Origin: Escherichia virus TH54
Direction: 5' to 3' (one strand)
Sequence record: MT446420.1
Length of the DNA: 64,000 nt
Part shown: in pieces, positions 58,892-64,000 of the stretch
How the letters are laid out: each line of letters starts with the position of its first letter
Position numbering within the stretch: position 1 is the stretch's first letter
Program-made: the position numbers and the translations under genes
Notes under the pieces: generated by a model
Databases searched by the model: none
What the model saw: the letters and a program-made list of their open reading frames with translations, nothing else
What the model was told of the DNA's origin: nothing

Positions 58892-60175
58892 ATGCAAAAG
58901 ATTAATGCACTAATTCACGAATCAACATTAACGGCGGCCAACCAGGTCGCCCGTCCTAATTTGCTTTCTTATACACAGGCTACGAATAAACGAATTTTTA
59001 AAGCACTCGTGGCCGAGCAGAAAACTACCCAGCCTGTTGCAGCGCTGTATGGTGTTCGTGTTCTGAACCCAGATGATAAAATGACTTATCTCGGTGGAGC
59101 AACATTCGCGGGCCAGATTGGTATGTTCGAGCGTAAGAATATCCCAGAATTTACGAACAAAGACGAAGCTTATGCAGTCGGCGATATGTTTCAGTTTGAA
59201 AGTGTTGTATTCAAAGTTCTGGAAGCTTCACCCTTTGCCGGGACACTCGAAACTGATTTAGGTGAAGTTATTTCTGAAGCCATTGCTGCTGGACATATAA
59301 GAATGATGTCAGATGCTGCTTTCACTGATAAATTTGAAAAGGGGCATCCTGAAATTGCTGAAGCTGGGTTCCGTATCGATAAATGGCAGACTGAAGTTAA
59401 ATCCAGAAAGTTGAAAACTTCTTTAACTGTCGAGCTTGCCCAGGACCTGGAAGCAAACGGTTTCGATGCAACAGACTTCATCGATAATATTCTCGGCATT
59501 CAAATGGCAGAGGAAATTAATAAGGATGTATTGCAATCCCTTATTACTGTTAGTTCCCGCTTCAAGGTACAAGGTGTTTCTGAAAAAGGCGTCCTGAATC
59601 TTACTGACCCGAAATATGATAACGCACAGGACCGCGCACGAACCCTGTATTATTATATGTGTGAAATGAATTCTGCAGTTCAACGTCAGACTTCGTTTGC
59701 TGGTACATATGCGGTTGCTTCTTCCCGTTGTGCAGCTATTTTAGCCGCTTCTGGTTGGGTTGAGAAAAAGGAAGACCAAGATGAATTAGCCTATGGTGTT
59801 CTGAAGAATGGTTTGCCTCTTTATGCGGATATGAATAGTCCATGCGATTATGTTATTGTTGGTGTAAATGCGGATATGGGCGAGGGTCAGACGGTCGCAT
59901 CTTTGTATTATGCGCCTTATACGGAAGGGCTTAGCGAAGTTGATGATGAGGGTGATACCTCGGTTGGGGAATTCAAGGTTATTGTTGACCCTGAAAGCTT
60001 ACAGCCTACGGTTGCACTGTTAGCTCGTTATGCTTTGACTGCTAACCCTTACACCGTTGCTAAAGACGATAAAGAAGCCCGCATTATTGATGGAGCTGAT
60101 ATGGATAAGATGGCCAACCAAAGCCAATTGAGTTCTTATCTTGGTGTTAAACTTCCACCACTGGAAAAAGAATAA
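58892..60175 (+). CDS. second gp24-like capsid vertex paralog
   Basis: 427 aa colinear with upstream gp24 (shared SRKLKT..TVELAQD, LQSLITVS, YAPYTEGL, ANPYTVAKDDKEARIID) but more divergent. Confidence 0.85.
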   Translation: MQKINALIHESTLTAANQVARPNLLSYTQATNKRIFKALVAEQKTTQPVAALYGVRVLNPDDKMTYLGGATFAGQIGMFERKNIPEFTNKDEAYAVGDMFQFESVVFKVLEASPFAGTLETDLGEVISEAIAAGHIRMMSDAAFTDKFEKGHPEIAEAGFRIDKWQTEVKSRKLKTSLTVELAQDLEANGFDATDFIDNILGIQMAEEINKDVLQSLITVSSRFKVQGVSEKGVLNLTDPKYDNAQDRARTLYYYMCEMNSAVQRQTSFAGTYAVASSRCAAILAASGWVEKKEDQDELAYGVLKNGLPLYADMNSPCDYVIVGVNADMGEGQTVASLYYAPYTEGLSEVDDEGDTSVGEFKVIVDPESLQPTVALLARYALTANPYTVAKDDKEARIIDGADMDKMANQSQLSSYLGVKLPPLEKE

Positions 60176-60196
60176 GGGCCTTGCGGCCCTTTTTTA
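60176..60196 (+). terminator. intrinsic terminator GGGCCttgcGGCCC + T6
   Basis: hairpin and TTTTTT directly after second gp24 stop. Confidence 0.65.
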
Positions 60197-61201
60197 TTCA
60201 CTAATTAATGCAATCCAAACATGTCTTAATGTTTCTCTTACATTTGCGATAAGTTGCTTTTTAACTTCAACAGGATTTTCTGTTTGGGTCAATTCAAGGC
60301 CTTCACGACCCGCTTCTTCCAGGATATCCTGGACAGTCAAACCCATTACCTTCCCAAAATCCTTTGGCGATACTTCCCCAATCTTACTGATAACATTATT
60401 GATGCGGTTAACAGTCACATAATCAGTGAACTTCCATAAAATATCCAGGTCTTCCTGGGACAACACAACAGCAGCCTTAATAGGCTTATCAGACTTTTTC
60501 TTTTCACTGAATTTAGAGTTCTTGCATTTAATCGCCACACGCTCGCCGTTAGGTAACCAGGCAGGAACATCAGGTTTTAATACAAATCCTTCAGCAGTGA
60601 ATACTTTACCTTCCACCTTTGCATCAAAATCAGTGGTATTTGCTGTAGTCAATCCTGCGTTATCCACTGTAAAATTGTAATCAGGGACCACAGAATCCAG
60701 GTCATTAGGTAGCTTAATTAATTCTTCAAAACTACCTGTAGCCAGGCGCGGAGCAACTTTAAACTTATGAATAATACAAAAGGCTTCCATAAGTGTGTCA
60801 GTCAGGACGGATTCAGAGCCATCTTCCTTAGTAACGCGAATATCAAACACATAGAAATCTTTATCACCGTAATCCACATTCTTCTGGATACCTGACCCGG
60901 CAAACTCACCATAAATCTGATATGCCTGGTAATTAATATCCTGCAAAAGTTTCTGCACAGATTTAATAGAATCTGCGTAGTTCTTTAATACAATTTCATA
61001 ACCATAGAAATCTTCTGCAGGTAGGATAGGTCCAGTGCGTTTCGCGCATGTCACATTGTCTTGTTCAATAATTAATGAAAAATTGGTACCATGAATTTTC
61101 TCACGGGCTACCCATTCACCGCTGGTGAAGCCTTGTAGGCGAATTTTTTCAATGAATTTGTTGTTATAGTGATTTTCAAGGCTGTTATATTTCTTAAACA
61201 T
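60194..61201 (-). CDS. rnlB: RNA ligase 2
   Basis: 335 aa; [19 protein letters not shown]...[12 protein letters not shown] with ligase motif I KxHGxN. Confidence 0.9.
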   Translation of the reverse strand: MFKKYNSLENHYNNKFIEKIRLQGFTSGEWVAREKIHGTNFSLIIEQDNVTCAKRTGPILPAEDFYGYEIVLKNYADSIKSVQKLLQDINYQAYQIYGEFAGSGIQKNVDYGDKDFYVFDIRVTKEDGSESVLTDTLMEAFCIIHKFKVAPRLATGSFEELIKLPNDLDSVVPDYNFTVDNAGLTTANTTDFDAKVEGKVFTAEGFVLKPDVPAWLPNGERVAIKCKNSKFSEKKKSDKPIKAAVVLSQEDLDILWKFTDYVTVNRINNVISKIGEVSPKDFGKVMGLTVQDILEEAGREGLELTQTENPVEVKKQLIANVRETLRHVWIALISE

Positions 61202-61330
61202 ATTCTCTCACTTTTGATGTTATAAATATCATTATAAATTAGACCCACTATACTTTCTTTCTCTGAAAGGAATTAATAGTCGTAAAGGGTCTAGAACCAT
61301 TATACCGCATTTTTATTTGAAGCAAAAAGG

Positions 61331-61594
61331 TCAGAATTTTACATACAGCATTGGCTTGCCTTCTTGCCAATCATAATTCCAGGTAAAAGATGTAAATTTT
61401 TCTGCTCGCAGAAATTCAGATATCTTTGTGCGGTTTCCTTCTTCATACTCTTTTTCAGAAACTGCCATATTAACAGCATCTTTGCCATTCTCGGCGGCGG
61501 CAATAGCCACTTTGCGAAATATAGAAATAAAGTCATTTGCAACTTTATCTTGTGACTCTTTGGCTATTTGGCGTAGTTCTTCTGCGAATGTCAT
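61331..61594 (-). CDS. hypothetical protein (24.2 position)
   Basis: 87-aa ORF. Confidence 0.5.
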   Translation of the reverse strand: MTFAEELRQIAKESQDKVANDFISIFRKVAIAAAENGKDAVNMAVSEKEYEEGNRTKISEFLRAEKFTSFTWNYDWQEGKPMLYVKF

Positions 61595-61794
61595 TTCTTC
61601 ACCTTTTTGTTATTCAAACGTTTACGATAAACAATCTTTTCTTTCGCTTTAAATTTAGCTTTAGCTTGCTCTACATCAACCCAGGCCTTTGCCATCTCTT
61701 TAGCAGTCCCGCCTAATACCTTGGCGATTTCAATAAATGTCATGCCAGATTCATGCAGAAAATGTACTTTAACCTTATCCATAATGATTCTCAT
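61591..61794 (-). CDS. hypothetical small basic protein (24.3 position)
   Basis: 67-aa ORF with ATGA overlap to next gene. Confidence 0.5.
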   Translation of the reverse strand: MRIIMDKVKVHFLHESGMTFIEIAKVLGGTAKEMAKAWVDVEQAKAKFKAKEKIVYRKRLNNKKVKK

Positions 61795-61795
61795 G

Positions 61796-61842
61796 TTGAG
61801 TTAGTGAAGCTATCTTAACATGGAATTTTTAACTTGTAAACA
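61796..61842 (-). promoter_or_regulatory. early promoter GTTTAC-N17-TTAAGAT
   Basis: minus strand GTTTACaagttaaaaattccatgTTAAGAT upstream of ATG 61794. Confidence 0.45.
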
Positions 61843-61933
61843 TGTTTTTATGCCAGATGAACAATTGTTATGGTATGACCACAAGGACTTACCGGAAGGG
61901 GTCCAGGCAACGTTTGCTCAGTACCATAAAAAT

Positions 61934-61960
61934 AAAGGGACCCGAAGGTCCCTTTTTAAT
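61934..61960. terminator. bidirectional terminator GGGACCcgaaGGTCCC
   Basis: perfect 6-bp stem, A-run and T-run flanks; follows hoc stop on minus strand. Confidence 0.65.
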
Positions 61961-63093
61961 TAATAAACGTAATCGTATATAATACCAGCTTCTAAAGCGG
62001 TGCGATGAATAATTCGACCATTACGAGATTCTTGCACATCAACCTCTGGATAGTCGGTAATCATTTTTTGAAGTGTGTATCGGTGCAAATAATATGGGCT
62101 ATTTGGGTCATCGGTTTTCCAGTCTTGTCCAGCAAGAGCCATTTTCTGAATTTCATCCATAACCCACCAACCACACCAGATATAAGCTGAATTACGTACC
62201 GGCAATGGATGAACGTAAGGTAATTCGCCATCTGGAACTGGTGCGACTTTAGCCGTGACTGTTACATTACCGGTTTTTGTGACAGTCGCCGGGTCATAAT
62301 CAGTCGCCGAAACCACAACAGAAACTTCAATAACCTGGGAACCTTCGGTGCTTGTGTCGATTACTAGAGTATCCGTGGTGCCAACTACAGGAGAACCGTC
62401 TTTCTTCCAAGAATATGCAAAAGTAGCACCAGCAGGCGCGCCAACCACATCTGCTTGAAACGAAGCTGGAGTACCTTCCGGAACATTAATTGATTCTGGA
62501 GTTAATGTAACAGAAACACCCGACATAGTTTTCTTAACAAAAGTTACCGCAGCTCCTTTAGATGCGGTACCATTATTATAATCGGGTGCAGAAACAGTAA
62601 CTTCACAGTTCAATGTATAATTTGCTTCAGCCGATTCGGTGATGGTGATTGTTTTACCAGTTTGCCCTGGGATTACATCGGCATTTCGTTTCCATACATA
62701 AGAAGCAGACGCTCCATCTGGTTGCCCGCTGATATTAGCTGTAACAACTTGAGATTGTCCTATTTCTTTAGTAACAGAGGCTGGGTCTAAAGTCAGCGTG
62801 ATTGCCGGCATTGTTTTATTCTGGATAGTTAAAGTCGTCTCAGCTTCAGCAGTTTCCGGTTCGCCTTCCGCTGGTGTAGTTGTTGCAACAACTTTAATAG
62901 TCTTGCTGCCTGCTGGACCAACAGCAACATAATCCATCGCAGCGGTCACAGAAGATTGAGGAACGCCATCAACGGTCCAAACAAATGATTCAGTACCTTC
63001 AGCTGCAGCACCGGAACCGGTCGCAGTGAAATTTGTTGTTGCTCCAATAACGGCCGTAGCCGCCAAAGGAGCAATATCTACGGTATAAGCCAT
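61960..63093 (-). CDS. hoc: highly immunogenic outer capsid protein Hoc
   Basis: 377 aa with three tandem Ig-like repeats and C-terminal ...ELPYVHPLP..SAYIWCGWWVMDEIQKM as in T4 Hoc. Confidence 0.85.
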   Translation of the reverse strand: MAYTVDIAPLAATAVIGATTNFTATGSGAAAEGTESFVWTVDGVPQSSVTAAMDYVAVGPAGSKTIKVVATTTPAEGEPETAEAETTLTIQNKTMPAITLTLDPASVTKEIGQSQVVTANISGQPDGASASYVWKRNADVIPGQTGKTITITESAEANYTLNCEVTVSAPDYNNGTASKGAAVTFVKKTMSGVSVTLTPESINVPEGTPASFQADVVGAPAGATFAYSWKKDGSPVVGTTDTLVIDTSTEGSQVIEVSVVVSATDYDPATVTKTGNVTVTAKVAPVPDGELPYVHPLPVRNSAYIWCGWWVMDEIQKMALAGQDWKTDDPNSPYYLHRYTLQKMITDYPEVDVQESRNGRIIHRTALEAGIIYDYVY

Positions 63094-63102
63094 AATAAAC
63101 CC

Positions 63103-63771
63103 TTATTTTAAAGTGACAAAAGATGAGTTACGAGTTTCTCGTACTAGAACAGACCCATTACGATTGATGTAATAAATCAAACTGAATAGAGTTTGGTGCG
63201 CGGTGGGATGTGGGAAACTAGTTGGGTGTTCTTTCCAATCTGGTGTCTCGGAAATCCACTGATAAATCCACCATGGAACAGTACAGAATCCAGGGTTCTT
63301 ACCAATAAGCATAAGATTTGGACTAAAGTTTTTTGGCAGAGCAAATACAGGTTTTTCAGATTCGATAACCTTGGCTACAGCCTCTTTGAATTTCTCTTCG
63401 ACAAAGGGAACATCTTCTTCAACCAAAACTGTTGCAGGCTTTTCGATTTCTACAACTTCAACCTTTGCTTCGGCCGGAGCATCAAATAATAGTTTGGCTT
63501 CTTCTTTAGCAGACTCATCGCCTTCGAATTTAGCACCAGATAATTCATCGTCAGCATCAATAAGGTCAGTAATGCTCAGGCCTTCATTATCATCAGGCAT
63601 AGGCATGTCAGCAAATGCTTTAAGTCCTGCTTCCAGGTCAGCCAACATATTATCAAAGGTTTTTGTTTTCTTAACATCAACGCCAAGTGATGCTGCGTAT
63701 TCGGCTAATTTTTCTTTGGCTTCTTTTTTCTCGAGGACACGAATTTCCTCAATGTAGTTCTTGTCAATCAT
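63103..63771 (-). CDS. inh: Inh, inhibitor of prohead protease
   Basis: 222 aa in the hoc-inh-uvsW position. Confidence 0.7.
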   Translation of the reverse strand: MIDKNYIEEIRVLEKKEAKEKLAEYAASLGVDVKKTKTFDNMLADLEAGLKAFADMPMPDDNEGLSITDLIDADDELSGAKFEGDESAKEEAKLLFDAPAEAKVEVVEIEKPATVLVEEDVPFVEEKFKEAVAKVIESEKPVFALPKNFSPNLMLIGKNPGFCTVPWWIYQWISETPDWKEHPTSFPHPTAHQTLFSLIYYINRNGSVLVRETRNSSFVTLK

Positions 63772-63789
63772 GATGAACCTCGGTTAGTG

Positions 63790-63797
63790 TATAAATA
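63790..63797 (+). promoter_or_regulatory. late promoter TATAAATA upstream of uvsW
   Basis: exact octamer 30 nt before ATG. Confidence 0.5.
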
Positions 63798-63826
63798 TAG
63801 ATATATTTATTACCTTGGAATCATCA

Positions 63827-64000
63827 TGGATATTAAAATCAACTTTCTAAATTTTAGTCACGTGCATGTTGAATGTGAAGATGGAATCTTCTACGAACTC
63901 CGTGATTACTTCAGCTTCGAAGCTGAAAACTATCGCTTCAATCCAAAATTCAAGCAGGGAGTTTGGGACGGACGAATCCGCCTCCTGGATTACAATCGTA
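63827..64000 (+). CDS. uvsW: UvsW helicase, N-terminal fragment (continues right of window)
   Basis: MDIKINFLNFSHVHVECEDGIFYELRDYFSFEAENYRFNP... matches T4 UvsW N-terminus. Confidence 0.8.

Overview
This window is a segment of a T4-like (Tevenvirinae) myovirus genome. The minus strand of roughly 1-28,250 carries the early/accessory region: rI and tk, regB, internal-protein genes, denV, lysozyme e, nudE, a long run of small hypothetical genes, tRNA-Arg and tRNA-Ile, a second internal-protein array, 57B (Acb1-like), 57A, and genes 1, 3, 2, 4. The plus strand from 28,292 to 60,175 carries the late structural module in T4 order (53, 5, 5.1, 5.4, 6-12, wac, 13-23, two tandem gene-24 paralogs), followed by rnlB, 24.2, 24.3, hoc and inh on the minus strand and the start of uvsW. 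Gene calls rest on ORF length, synteny and recalled T4 protein sequences/motifs, not on any database search. The accessory region is punctuated by at least 17 copies of an early-promoter cassette (-35 GT(G/T)TAC, 17-18 bp, -10 TATAAT-like, often with a stem-loop around the promoter, and in several copies a near-identical 5' leader), matching the PeSL-type mobile regulatory cassettes described for T4-type phages. The most unusual candidates are an opposite-strand ORF with collagen-like repeats and a tail-fibre-like motif (147-893), a five-gene tandem family ending in W-x-S-S-x-x-Cys (15,586-16,847), seven internal-protein-like genes with capsid-targeting N-termini, a macro-domain gene next to tk, a nucleotidyltransferase-fold gene, tandem gp24 paralogs, and a structured non-coding region with covarying tandem hairpins downstream of the tRNAs. 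No CRISPR array, intron or recognisable homing endonuclease was seen.
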